From the NCBI GenBank assembly GCA_001717025.1, contig MAGU01000082.1:1-51725 (forward strand): a DNA stretch of 51,725 nucleotides, read 5' to 3'. The DNA comes from Candidatus Methanomethylicus oleisabuli (GTDB taxonomy: Archaea; Thermoproteota; Methanomethylicia; Methanomethylicales; Methanomethylicaceae). The notes under the pieces were generated by a model. The model had not been told where the DNA came from. It ran no database searches and saw nothing but the letters and a program-made list of their open reading frames with translations. Of the stretch, positions 26,561-35,891 are shown in pieces. The first letter of the stretch is position 1. Every line of letters begins with the position of its first letter. Made by a program: the position numbers and the translations under genes.

Positions 26561-27703
26561 CTAATAATGCCCCCTTTGCGCATTCCCCTCCATCTTATTC
26601 TCTGCCCCGCTCTTCGCATCTGCCTTCCTGTCCGCAAATATCCTCTTGGCTCCGCCAACTGCAACCATGATTCCGGTCTCCCCCTCCCTCATCCCCCTCG
26701 GAAAGGCGTCCGAGAGCGCCTCGAAGAACCGGTTCCCTGTGACGTCGTAGAACGTTCCACAGCCGGGCGACCTCGAGTCGAGCCTGACGGGCCTTATCTC
26801 GTCGTCCCTGATGATCCTGATTCTGCCCATATCCCTCTTGAGGATGCGCCTGCTCCTCCCGTCCTCAAGCCCCTCCACGACCGCCATGCCCCTGTCGAAG
26901 CCGGATATCCTGAACGCCTTCCCCTCATACTCTATGAGCGTGCCGGTCCTAGCGGCAGGCAGCCTCGCCGAGATCGTGTTCCTGTAAGCCCGGCCGCCGG
27001 TGTCCTTGCTGACGCCGATGAGCTTCGGGCTCTCACAGACCGTCGCGCCGAAGAACTCGGAGAGCCACCTCGAGAAGATCCGGGCGGAGTTGAGCGAGAC
27101 GAACTTGATGTCGTAACCCCCTCCCACCTCCTTTATCTCAGTGACCTCCTGCCTTCCCCTCCCGGCGGTCTTCCTGTCGACCTCCCTGAACGCCGCCTCG
27201 ATCGCCCCCTCGTCCTGGGCGTCGACCTCCCTGCCCTCGCCCCTTACCTGGACCGTCGCCTCGTAGGCGCCCCTCGTCGCGCCGTCGCAGTCGCCGCACT
27301 CCATGTAAGCGACCCTAGCCAACGATGTGACCTCCTTGGTCGTTCCGCACACCGCCTCCTTCAGGCCAACCTTAAGGGAGAGCAGCTTCGGGAGCCCCTC
27401 GTCGTCCTCGCCGACCACCTCTGCCCGGACGTAGCTGATCGCAACCCCCTCTGGCAGCTCGACAACCCTCCCAACCTCGGTCATCGCGGCATCCTCCATG
27501 TCCTCGCGGAGGGGTCTCGGCCTCATCCTGAACCACCTCTTGCCCTGCATGTGCGAGTGGCAGACCCTGCAGTAGAAGAGCCTGACCTCCGGCGGGATCT
27601 CGACATCCGCCGCCTCCCAGAAGCACTTGCTGCAGACGCCGTGGATGTAGCACCCCTCCTCGGAACCGCACCTAGCGCAGAAGCGACCCACGATCCCCAC
27701 CAC
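26561..27703 (-). CDS. nmd3: NMD3-family ribosome biogenesis protein
   Basis: FC..CG...C..C, YC..C, C..C...G.YEA.VQ.R, GG.D, KL.G.....G...YR.TIS.RLP. Confidence 0.88.
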   Translation of the reverse strand: MVGIVGRFCARCGSEEGCYIHGVCSKCFWEAADVEIPPEVRLFYCRVCHSHMQGKRWFRMRPRPLREDMEDAAMTEVGRVVELPEGVAISYVRAEVVGEDDEGLPKLLSLKVGLKEAVCGTTKEVTSLARVAYMECGDCDGATRGAYEATVQVRGEGREVDAQDEGAIEAAFREVDRKTAGRGRQEVTEIKEVGGGYDIKFVSLNSARIFSRWLSEFFGATVCESPKLIGVSKDTGGRAYRNTISARLPAARTGTLIEYEGKAFRISGFDRGMAVVEGLEDGRSRRILKRDMGRIRIIRDDEIRPVRLDSRSPGCGTFYDVTGNRFFEALSDAFPRGMREGETGIMVAVGGAKRIFADRKADAKSGAENKMEGNAQRGHY

Positions 27704-27706
27704 GCA

Positions 27707-28024
27707 TCACAGGTAGACAAACTGGGCGTGGGGCACGCCGCCTATCATTATGACGCCCTCCTCGTGAACTATGCCTGCGTCTGTGCCGCACCTGACCGCG
27801 TTGACTCCGACGATATTCGCAATGGTTGCGGTCCTTAGCACGTCTGTAGCCGCCTCCGGAGTCATGAGCTCGCCCCCGTAGAACTCCCTAGAGACGTCCA
27901 GCGCGAGCCTCCCCTCCTTCAGCTTCTTCCCGATCAGTTCGCAGTCGCATGCGGCGACCATCAGCTCGCCCTTCCTAACGTTCCAGACCTTTACAAATAT
28001 GCACTTATCAGCCAACGCACGCAC
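27707..28024 (-). CDS. DUF424-family protein
   Basis: VAACD.ELIGK, V..EFYGG, ANIVG, I.GVPHAQ. Confidence 0.88.
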   Translation of the reverse strand: MRALADKCIFVKVWNVRKGELMVAACDCELIGKKLKEGRLALDVSREFYGGELMTPEAATDVLRTATIANIVGVNAVRCGTDAGIVHEEGVIMIGGVPHAQFVYL

Positions 28025-28085
28025 CCTTTTAACCCCCCTGCACCGGAGACGGCGCGGGAGCCGCCGCTAACACCCTGCTGCCCCA

Positions 28086-28499
28086 TCAGACGAGCGTCTT
28101 GGCGGGGTTCTTGGCGCCGCAGACCTCGCAGACTATGAACGTCATCCTGTCCTCGCGCAGGAGCTTGGTGTCCGGCTTGTTGCACGAGGTGCACAGGACG
28201 TAAGCCTTCATGTACCTCACCACGAGCTCGTCGAGCGCCTCCTTAGTGAACCTCCCGTGGAGCGATGCCCTCGAGTCCTCAAGCACCCCCGATGTCGCGA
28301 GCTCCCTCACCATGAACTTCAGCAGATGATTGGGGTCCCTGTTCAGCTTTGCAGCGACGTCCTTAAAGTTGTAGATTACCGTCTTGGCGCCTATGACGTT
28401 GGTCTCGGTCTGCGGCGTCTCATACTTGGACGACTTTATCGCCTTCTCAGGTATCTTCGACATGCCCCTGTTGAGCAGGGTCTCGTAGTCCATCTGCAT
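28086..28499 (-). CDS. eif2b: Translation initiation factor 2 beta subunit (aIF2-beta)
   Basis: YE.LL.R, G.KT.I.NF, LNRDP.HL.KF..RELATSG, YV.C..C..PDT, C..CGA. Confidence 0.95.
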   Translation of the reverse strand: MQMDYETLLNRGMSKIPEKAIKSSKYETPQTETNVIGAKTVIYNFKDVAAKLNRDPNHLLKFMVRELATSGVLEDSRASLHGRFTKEALDELVVRYMKAYVLCTSCNKPDTKLLREDRMTFIVCEVCGAKNPAKTLV

Positions 28500-28639
28500 A
28501 CGCATCCCAATGGAAATGGAGCAGAACCACCCTAATAAAGGGAACGCCGTCCAAGAATGGGGGGCAGCCGCCTGATGGCTATGAAAGACAAAAATAAGGC
28601 ATCCCCTCATAATAATAACAAATTTTGAAGGGATGCTCG

Positions 28640-30640
28640 ATGGAACCAATCGTAGTCACATCCGCCCTGCCTTACAGCAACGACAGGCTTCACCTGGGGC
28701 ACCTCAGGTCGACATATCTGCCGCCCGATGTATTCGTGCGATACCTCCGCCGCGCCGGGCGAGACGTAATCTTCATCTGCGCCACCGACGAGCACGGGAC
28801 TCCGATAGCCCTGAGGGCCGAGAAGGAGGGGGTAAACCCTAAGGCCATCACCGATAGGTACCACCCCATGATAAAGGACGACCTCGCGCGTATGGGCTGC
28901 AGCTTTGACTTCTTCTCGAGGACGACCACACCAACCCACTATGAGCTGACGCAGGAGATCTTCAGGAAGCTGCTCTCGAACGGGTTCATATATGAGCAGA
29001 CGCTCGAGCAGCTCCGCTGCCCAAAGTGCGACAAGTTCCTCCCGGACAGGTACGTCGAGGGGGTCTGCCCTTACTGCGGATACGATGGGGCGAGGGGCGA
29101 CTCCTGCGACTCCTGCGGGCGCTACCTGCGCCCGGTCGACCTCAAGGAGCCTAGGTGTGCGATCTGCGGCACCATGCCTGTTCCGACGCCCACGAAGCAC
29201 TGGTTCTTCAAGCTGACCGCCTTCCAGGAGAGGCTCAAGTCCTGGCTCGAGTCCAACGAGCAGACGCCAGACAACGTCAAGAACTACGCACTCGGCTGGG
29301 TTAACGAGGGCCTCAAGGACTGGTGCATCACCCGAGACATGGCGTGGGGGGTGCCGGTCCCGGTCGATGGGACAGAGAATAAGGTCATATACGTCTGGTT
29401 CGACGCTCCCATCGGCTACATCTCCTCTACAAAGGAATACTTCCAGTCGAAGGGGGAGCCGGACGGCTGGAAGAGGTACTGGCAGGGGGGCAACAAGATA
29501 TTCCACTTCATAGGGAAGGACATCATCTACCACCACGCTATATTCTGGCCAGCAATGCTCATGGGGACCGGTGAGTACGACATCCCGACAGCCGTCGTGG
29601 CTAGCGAGTACCTTACGCTCGAGGGCAAGAAGATGTCCAAGAGCCGCGGCTGGTACATCAGCATAGACGGTTACCTTAAGAGCTTCGAGCCGGACCCGAT
29701 GCGGTACTACCTTATGTCGGTAGCGCCCTTGGAGCGGGACGCCGACTTCTCGGTGGACGAGTTCATCAAGCGCTACAACAACGAGCTCGCCGACGTGCTG
29801 GGCAACTTCGTGCACCGCACGCTCACGTTCCTTGAGCGGTTCTTCGGCTCCACAGTCCCAGATGCGACGCTATCCGAGCAGGACAGGCGGATGCTCTCGG
29901 CTGTCGCTACGGCGCAGACCGAGGTGGCTTCCATGATCGAGTCCCTCAAGTTCAGGGAGGGGCTGGTCGCCATAATGGCGCTCGCGCGCGAGGGCAACAA
30001 GTACCTCAACGACTCCGCCCCGTGGGCTACAATGAAGACCGACCCTCAGAGGGCCGCAGCGGCGCTATACGCCTCTGTACAGGTCGTGAAGGCCCTCGGC
30101 TCAATGCTATCGCCTTACATGCCCTTCACCGCCGAGAAGATCTGCCAGATGCTTGGGCTGTCGCAGCCCGTGCACGCCATGCCGTGGTCCGCAGCCTCGG
30201 AGCCGCTGCCTGCAGGGAGCAGGATCGGGAAGCCCGTGCCGCTCTTTAGGAAGATCCTGCCGGCAGACGTGCCGAAGGTGAAAGCCGACCTGATCCCATT
30301 CAAAGAGATCGGCGCTAAAATAAAGATGGACGACTTCAAGAAGGCAAAGATCGCCGTGGGCGAGGTCGTCAAGGCCGAGAAGATAAAGGGTGCCCGCGAC
30401 CTGCTGCACCTCGAGGTGGACCTCGGTGAGTACGGGGTGAAGTCCTGCGTAGCCGGGGTGGCGAAGTACTACGCACCCGAGGAGCTACTGAGGAAGCGGA
30501 TAGCCGTCCTTGCAAACATCGAGCCCTCCGTGCTCTTCGGGGTCAAGTCCGAGGTTATGATCCTTGCAGCGGAGGGAGAGGATAACGTCTCGGTGCTGGT
30601 GCCCGACCGGGTCGTCCAGCCTGGCTCGGGGGTGCGCTGA
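28640..30640 (+). CDS. metG: Methionyl-tRNA synthetase with C-terminal tRNA-binding domain
   Basis: TSALPY...HLGH, TDEHG, Zn knuckles, YVWFDAPIGY, FIGKDI..HH, KMSKS, C-terminal OB domain. Confidence 0.97.
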   Translation: MEPIVVTSALPYSNDRLHLGHLRSTYLPPDVFVRYLRRAGRDVIFICATDEHGTPIALRAEKEGVNPKAITDRYHPMIKDDLARMGCSFDFFSRTTTPTHYELTQEIFRKLLSNGFIYEQTLEQLRCPKCDKFLPDRYVEGVCPYCGYDGARGDSCDSCGRYLRPVDLKEPRCAICGTMPVPTPTKHWFFKLTAFQERLKSWLESNEQTPDNVKNYALGWVNEGLKDWCITRDMAWGVPVPVDGTENKVIYVWFDAPIGYISSTKEYFQSKGEPDGWKRYWQGGNKIFHFIGKDIIYHHAIFWPAMLMGTGEYDIPTAVVASEYLTLEGKKMSKSRGWYISIDGYLKSFEPDPMRYYLMSVAPLERDADFSVDEFIKRYNNELADVLGNFVHRTLTFLERFFGSTVPDATLSEQDRRMLSAVATAQTEVASMIESLKFREGLVAIMALAREGNKYLNDSAPWATMKTDPQRAAAALYASVQVVKALGSMLSPYMPFTAEKICQMLGLSQPVHAMPWSAASEPLPAGSRIGKPVPLFRKILPADVPKVKADLIPFKEIGAKIKMDDFKKAKIAVGEVVKAEKIKGARDLLHLEVDLGEYGVKSCVAGVAKYYAPEELLRKRIAVLANIEPSVLFGVKSEVMILAAEGEDNVSVLVPDRVVQPGSGVR

Positions 30641-30670
30641 CGTCACTCCATGAACCCCGGTCGCCAAATA

Positions 30671-30720
30671 CAGCACGGCACAGGGAAAGGATATGATATG
30701 AAAGGATAGTGTAGGATAGG
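30671..30720. repeat. Degenerate 5-bp periodic repeat (AAAGG/ATATG/ATAGG) in intergenic DNA
   Basis: aaagg-atatg-atatg-aaagg-atagt-gtagg-atagg. Confidence 0.55.
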
Positions 30721-30734
30721 GTGGCGAAACCGAA

Positions 30735-31436
30735 TTGAGGCTGCGCGTCGACCTCCACGTCCACTCCGCCGCATCCGAGGACGGCTGCTCCACCATTGGC
30801 GACATAATCGCCGCGGCCCGGATGAAGGGGCTCGACGGTGTTGCGATAACAGACCATGACGTTCGGCTCAGTGCACAGTCTGCCAAGGCGTTCTCAAGCG
30901 CCTCCTTCGTGGTCATCCCTGGGGTCGAGGTCAGCACCGACGCAGGTCACCTCCTCGTGATCCTCCCCCGGCGTGACTTCCGCAAGGGGATTCCGCTCAT
31001 GGAGGCCGTGGACCAGTCTCTATCCGACGGCTCAGCCGTTGCGATCCCCCACCCCACTGACCCGCTCAGCCACGGCGTGGGGGAGCCCGCCTCCGAGTCC
31101 GCCTCCCGCCATGGCGCAATCGCCCTCGAGACCATGAACGCCTCCACGCTAACCCGCTACAACCGGAGCGCCGCCCGCCTAGCCCTCCGCCTTTCGCTGC
31201 CACAGATAGGCGGTAGCGACGCCCACCTTGCGAAGGCAGTTGGCGACGCATGGACCGACATTGACATCGATATCGAAGGCGGACCGGGCGTCCCGCCCCC
31301 AGAGTCGATTGCCAACGCCATAATCGGGGGATGGGTATCGCCATCAGGCAGGCGCACCTCCAAGGCGACCTATCTCGAAACGGTCCTCAGGCGGACCATG
31401 AGGAAAGGAAGCGAGCGCCAGTGTCAATCTCCATGA
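30735..31436 (+). CDS. PHP-domain metal-dependent phosphoesterase
   Basis: DLHVHS..S.DG, AITDH, PG.E.ST..GH, PHP, GGSDAH. Confidence 0.9.
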   Translation: MRLRVDLHVHSAASEDGCSTIGDIIAAARMKGLDGVAITDHDVRLSAQSAKAFSSASFVVIPGVEVSTDAGHLLVILPRRDFRKGIPLMEAVDQSLSDGSAVAIPHPTDPLSHGVGEPASESASRHGAIALETMNASTLTRYNRSAARLALRLSLPQIGGSDAHLAKAVGDAWTDIDIDIEGGPGVPPPESIANAIIGGWVSPSGRRTSKATYLETVLRRTMRKGSERQCQSP

Positions 31437-32701
31437 AGGCATATGTTAAGACATTCGGCTGCGAGCAAAACAGAGCCGATACCGAGTCCATGCTGACGCT
31501 CCTCTCAGCCTCCGGCATCTCGTTGGCGCCGTCCGAGGAGTCCGCCGACGTCGTCATCGTAAACTCATGCACCGTCCGGGGGGAGACCGAGCGGAAGGTT
31601 CTGAGGTATGCCTCGTCTGTGCCATGCCGGCGCGTCATAATAACCGGCTGTATGGCGGCAGTCCAGCCTGCCCTGATACGCGCGAAGGTCCCATCTGCAT
31701 CTATAGTCTCACCAAACAACGCCGCCTCCATTCCGTCGATAATCCGCGAGGGCAGTCGGGCGGTCGAGCTGAGCCGGGACCGAGACGGGCTACCCCCAGC
31801 ACCGTTCTCCCGCGGACTAACCTACACCATCCCGATCTCCCGTGGCTGCACCGGCTCATGCTCTTACTGCATAGTCAGGCTTGCAAGGGGACCGCTCAAG
31901 AGCTCCCCCCCAGCATTCGTCGCCGCGCTGGCCGAAGAGGCAGTCAGGGCAGGTGCCTACGAGATACGACTGGCAGCCCAGGACACCGGCGTCTATGGCG
32001 CAGACATCGGGTCCAGTCTGCCAGAACTCCTTAGGGCAGTCACGTCTATTGATGGCGCGTTCAGGGTGAGGGTCGGCATGCTCAACCCCCCTCCCGCCTC
32101 CAACCCCGCGCAGCTGTGCGCCCTGGTCGACGCCTACTTGTCGGAGAAGGTCTACAGGTTCGTGCATATGCCATTGCAGAGCGGAAGTGGCACAATCCTT
32201 GAGGCGATGGGTCGAAGGTACTCCCCCGAGGACTTCTTGGGGGCGGTCTCGTTATTCCGGGGGCGCTTACCGGACATCACCATCGCGACGGACATCATTG
32301 TAGGTTACCCGGGGGAGTCTCAGGACGACTTCGGGATGACCGTCGCCGCCGTTCTGAAGTCCCGCCCCGACAAGATCCACATCGCCCGGTTCTCACCACG
32401 CCCACACACCGCGGCTGCTTCCCTACCGCAGGTCCATGAGCTCGTGAAGAAGCGCCGGAGCAGGGAGCTCGCCTCGGTCAAGAGGGAGGTGCAGCTATCG
32501 AACAACGAGCGGTGGCTGGGTCGCTCGGTCGAGGTATTCATCTTCGGTGCCTCCGGGGGGCGCGCAATGGCGGCGCGTATGGACAACTACAAGCCAGTCC
32601 TGGTAACCCCATGCTCGCGAGAACTCTTCGGCAAGCGGATAGCGGTGGATGTGGACTCCTGTACTCCGTTCAGCCTCAGGGCGTCCGTCACCCGCCGCTG
32701 A
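31433..32701 (+). CDS. mtaB: tRNA t6A37 methylthiotransferase (MtaB/CDKAL1-like radical SAM)
   Basis: TFGC..N..D, NSC.V, GC, GC.G.C.YC...ARG, QD.G.YG.D, RVGM.NP, H.P.QSGS, TDIIVG.PGE, C-terminal TRAM; ATGA overlap with the PHP gene. Confidence 0.88.
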   Translation: MKAYVKTFGCEQNRADTESMLTLLSASGISLAPSEESADVVIVNSCTVRGETERKVLRYASSVPCRRVIITGCMAAVQPALIRAKVPSASIVSPNNAASIPSIIREGSRAVELSRDRDGLPPAPFSRGLTYTIPISRGCTGSCSYCIVRLARGPLKSSPPAFVAALAEEAVRAGAYEIRLAAQDTGVYGADIGSSLPELLRAVTSIDGAFRVRVGMLNPPPASNPAQLCALVDAYLSEKVYRFVHMPLQSGSGTILEAMGRRYSPEDFLGAVSLFRGRLPDITIATDIIVGYPGESQDDFGMTVAAVLKSRPDKIHIARFSPRPHTAAASLPQVHELVKKRRSRELASVKREVQLSNNERWLGRSVEVFIFGASGGRAMAARMDNYKPVLVTPCSRELFGKRIAVDVDSCTPFSLRASVTRR

Positions 32702-32975
32702 CCGGGGGCAGCAGCGCGACCCTCGGGCCGGCATTCTGCGCAAACCCTTCTGGCGGGACCACGCTCTGCCCGACAAGGACCTTGTACTTGTGGTTGAACT
32801 TGCCATTTGGCTTGAGCGACTGCGCAAGCGCGGGAAACTTGGCGATCGTGGCATCAATGACGTCGCCCACTGTAGGCGGTCTGCCGAAGTCGAGTAAGAC
32901 CGACCCTGCGCCAGCAACCTCCCTGAGGTCTGCGAAGAGTCTGACCTCTACCTTGAGCCTCATATTTTCAGGCAA
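32688..32975 (-). CDS. Ubiquitin-like sulfur carrier (MoaD/ThiS/SAMP)
   Basis: V.LFA.LRE.AG, TV.D.I, C-terminal PPVSGG diglycine. Confidence 0.92.
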   Translation of the reverse strand: MPENMRLKVEVRLFADLREVAGAGSVLLDFGRPPTVGDVIDATIAKFPALAQSLKPNGKFNHKYKVLVGQSVVPPEGFAQNAGPRVALLPPVSGG

Positions 32976-32997
32976 CGCAGTCCGCCCTTCAATTATG

Positions 32998-33282
32998 CTA
33001 AACGTTGACAGACTTGTTGATCTGGTCCTCCATCATGTGCCCCTTACAGTCGACCCTCACCTTCTTGACGCCGCCGACCTTCTGCACAGCCTCCTTTATC
33101 TCCTGCGCAAGGTAGAACGCTATCGGGCACATCGGGCTTGAAGGTATGAACTCGACGGTGACGTTGCCGTCCGCCTCCTCGACCTTGCTTATGAGCTGCA
33201 TGTCCACCAAGCTCATCCCTGTCTCGGGGTCCATGACCGTCTTAAGCGCTTCTATAACCTTCTCCTCGATCTCCTTGCCCAT
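32998..33282 (-). CDS. DUF59/SufT-family Fe-S assembly protein
   Basis: L..V.DPE.G.S.VD..LI, SP.CP.A. Confidence 0.9.
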   Translation of the reverse strand: MGKEIEEKVIEALKTVMDPETGMSLVDMQLISKVEEADGNVTVEFIPSSPMCPIAFYLAQEIKEAVQKVGGVKKVRVDCKGHMMEDQINKSVNV

Positions 33283-33656
33283 ATGAAATCCCACTATAGA
33301 TTATTCTCCTCTACCGTTTATAAATAGCATCTGTAGGGGGCTGCCACATTCGGGCGGCTGAGGGCAGCATCGCATTGGTGTTGCTCCTCAATGAACAAGC
33401 CGATCCCCTATCAATGGCATACTAGGTCGGCTCACCCTTATGCGGCGAGACCCCGATGACCGGGTGGCACAGGCACGCCGCCGGCAGCGGGTTTGCTTAC
33501 CATCGCGGACAAATTATTCTATAATCTGTCTATATAACTAATTTTTTATATAAATATATTGTATGATGTATCTTAGATAAACCTTTTATATAAATTGAAC
33601 GAGTTGGTATTCAACTTAATTATACTGCAACACACTTGTGGTTGGTGCCCTGATAG

Positions 33657-35066
33657 TTGGCTGAAAACTCGTCGGAGAATGTCGGGCGCCCAAGGGACTT
33701 CGCGATATACCTTGGCGCGGTGGCCGTTACCGGTATCGTGCTATGGTTTGCTCTCGACAGCTTCCTTCAGGTTATGGCTGGGACCATATTCATAGCGACG
33801 GTCATCGGGACCCTCATGTTCTGGCGGTTCAGGCTGGCGATTGCATTCATCGGGATAACCTGCCTCCTCGCAACCCAGACGCTTGACATCGCTCACATGA
33901 TCGAGTTCATGAGCATCGACGTGATCATCTTCCTTGTAGCGATGATGATCCTTGTCGACATCGCGAAGGACAGCGGCTTCTTCACATGGCTTCTTGGCAA
34001 GCTCCTCAGGCTAACGAATTATGACCCTAAGAAGGTGCTGATATCCATGATGGTGGTCTCCACCCTCATGGCCGCGATGGTCGACGAGGTCACCTCGATC
34101 CTATTCATCACCGCGATCGTCTTTGAGTACTGCAGGCACTTCGAGCTGGACCCCCTGCCCTACACCCTCTCTTGCGTGCTCGCCACGAACGTCGGCAGCT
34201 CGGCAACGATGCTAGGAAATCCCGTGGGCATACTGATCGGGCTCAGGGGCAACCTGACCTTCGAGGACTTCTTGGTCTGGTCTATGCCGGTCGCTATGAT
34301 GTCGCTCGTGCTCCTGATATTCGTATGCACCTTCTGGTACCGGAAGCCACTCCGGGAGGCGAAGTATAAGGTCGGCGCTCATATGCGGGGGGGCGACAAC
34401 GCACTCTTCGAAGAGATAAGCAATGACAAGATGCGCGAGGTCAAGCTCAGCGGCATCCTGCTCTTCGCCACGATCATAGCTGTCGCCCTCCACTACCGCA
34501 TAGAGCTCCTCCTCGGCGCCGAGAAGTTCACATACCTGCTCGTTGCGGCATTCGCCGGGGCAGGGATAGGTCTACTCTGGAAGCGCAGCAAGGCGCAGCA
34601 CATAGTGGAGCGGGGGGTCGACTGGTGGACCCTCCTCTTCTTCACGTTCCTCTTCGCCAAGGCAGGCGCACTCAAGTACACCGGTCTGACCGACATCCTC
34701 GCTGGCGGGATAGCGTCGATGGCTACATCACAGCTGCAGATAACGACCTTCATGCTATGGTTCAGTGGCATCATGTCCGCCCTCCTTGACAACGTGGTGC
34801 TCATCGCTGCTCTGATCCCCGTTGTGCAGAGCCTAGCCACGATCGGCTTCAACGCTGCGCCGCTTTGGTGGGCCCTCCTCTTCGGCGGCGTCTACGGTGG
34901 CAACATCACGATGATTGGTAGCACCGCCAACATTGTGGCGCTTGGCATGCTTGAGAAGCAGTTCAACTATCACATGCGCTTCTTCAAGTGGCTCGGCATA
35001 GGCATAGCCGGCGGGGTGATACCCATGCTGGTGGGGCAGGTCTGGCTGATGGTATTCTTCCACTGA
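33657..35066 (+). CDS. ArsB/NhaD (IT superfamily) ion transporter
   Basis: About 12 TM helices; SGFF.W, D.VTS, ATN.GS..T..G.P, VDW.TLLFF..LF, S..LDN, GGN.T.IGS.AN. Confidence 0.88.
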   Translation: MAENSSENVGRPRDFAIYLGAVAVTGIVLWFALDSFLQVMAGTIFIATVIGTLMFWRFRLAIAFIGITCLLATQTLDIAHMIEFMSIDVIIFLVAMMILVDIAKDSGFFTWLLGKLLRLTNYDPKKVLISMMVVSTLMAAMVDEVTSILFITAIVFEYCRHFELDPLPYTLSCVLATNVGSSATMLGNPVGILIGLRGNLTFEDFLVWSMPVAMMSLVLLIFVCTFWYRKPLREAKYKVGAHMRGGDNALFEEISNDKMREVKLSGILLFATIIAVALHYRIELLLGAEKFTYLLVAAFAGAGIGLLWKRSKAQHIVERGVDWWTLLFFTFLFAKAGALKYTGLTDILAGGIASMATSQLQITTFMLWFSGIMSALLDNVVLIAALIPVVQSLATIGFNAAPLWWALLFGGVYGGNITMIGSTANIVALGMLEKQFNYHMRFFKWLGIGIAGGVIPMLVGQVWLMVFFH

Positions 35067-35138
35067 TGGGCGGATTGGCATCCGGTCAGCCAATGCCCAA
35101 CATGCCACCGCTGCGGAGCACCGTCGCCAAGCCGCGCG

Positions 35139-35582
35139 TCACTTGGAGCTCACGTTGTGCTCGACTATGTCGTTGATGTACCTCTCTATCCAGCTGTGGC
35201 TGACCAAATCGCTGCCGCCGGTGGCAACGTTCACGAGTGACCTGAAGAAGAACTTCTGGTCGAGCCTCCCCACCGGCACGTTCTTGCTGTCAACGACTAT
35301 GAGCCGCCAGACCTTCTTGTCCCTCATGTGCTTAAGAGCATACTCAAGGGACATATTCTGGTTCACCGTCACGGGGTCTCGTGTCGCCACATCCTTGAGG
35401 CGGGTCTTCTTAGGGTCCAAATTTGCGCCTATAACCCTGAAGACGAGGTCGCTCTCGGTGACGACTCCAATCTTCCCATCCTCAAGCTTAACTATAACGA
35501 ACCCGATGTCGCATTCCATCATCTTATCAACGGCATCTGAAACCGTTTCGTTGCCGTCCAATATCTCTCCCCTATCCTGCAT
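35139..35582 (-). CDS. CBS-pair domain protein (true start possibly an upstream ATC at 35630)
   Basis: TV.DA..KM, G.VTE.D...RV, KDV.T..P.TV, A...M.....RL.VVD...P.G. Confidence 0.85.
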   Translation of the reverse strand: MQDRGEILDGNETVSDAVDKMMECDIGFVIVKLEDGKIGVVTESDLVFRVIGANLDPKKTRLKDVATRDPVTVNQNMSLEYALKHMRDKKVWRLIVVDSKNVPVGRLDQKFFFRSLVNVATGGSDLVSHSWIERYINDIVEHNVSSK

Positions 35583-35891
35583 CGTGTACCTTACTGGTCT
35601 AGTGAAGAAGTTGTGGACGGTAGTCGTGATTTCAGCTCACCCAAATCCCACATATAATCCTAATGCCCGAACGCCCGCTGCGAAAGACAGGGCCAGCGCC
35701 GCCCCGCATAGAAATCGGCGTATATCGCATCCAGCAAGCTGCACGCCTGTCCAATACCGCGAATTCCGCACCCCCGTCCATCGATGAACCGCCGTCCGGG
35801 GCCGTCAGGTGCTCCTTTGAGGCGTATCGGGAACACGCATCTTAATATTGGGGGTTGCAGGATATGTAATTTTATCTTAAGGTGGTAAGTA

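Noticed and set aside
26567-27838. 423-aa plus-strand ORF
   Set aside because: Antisense shadow of NMD3/DUF424; Pro/Arg/Leu-rich with no motifs, as expected from GC-biased codon usage.
28607-29815. 402-aa minus-strand ORF
   Set aside because: Antisense shadow of metG.
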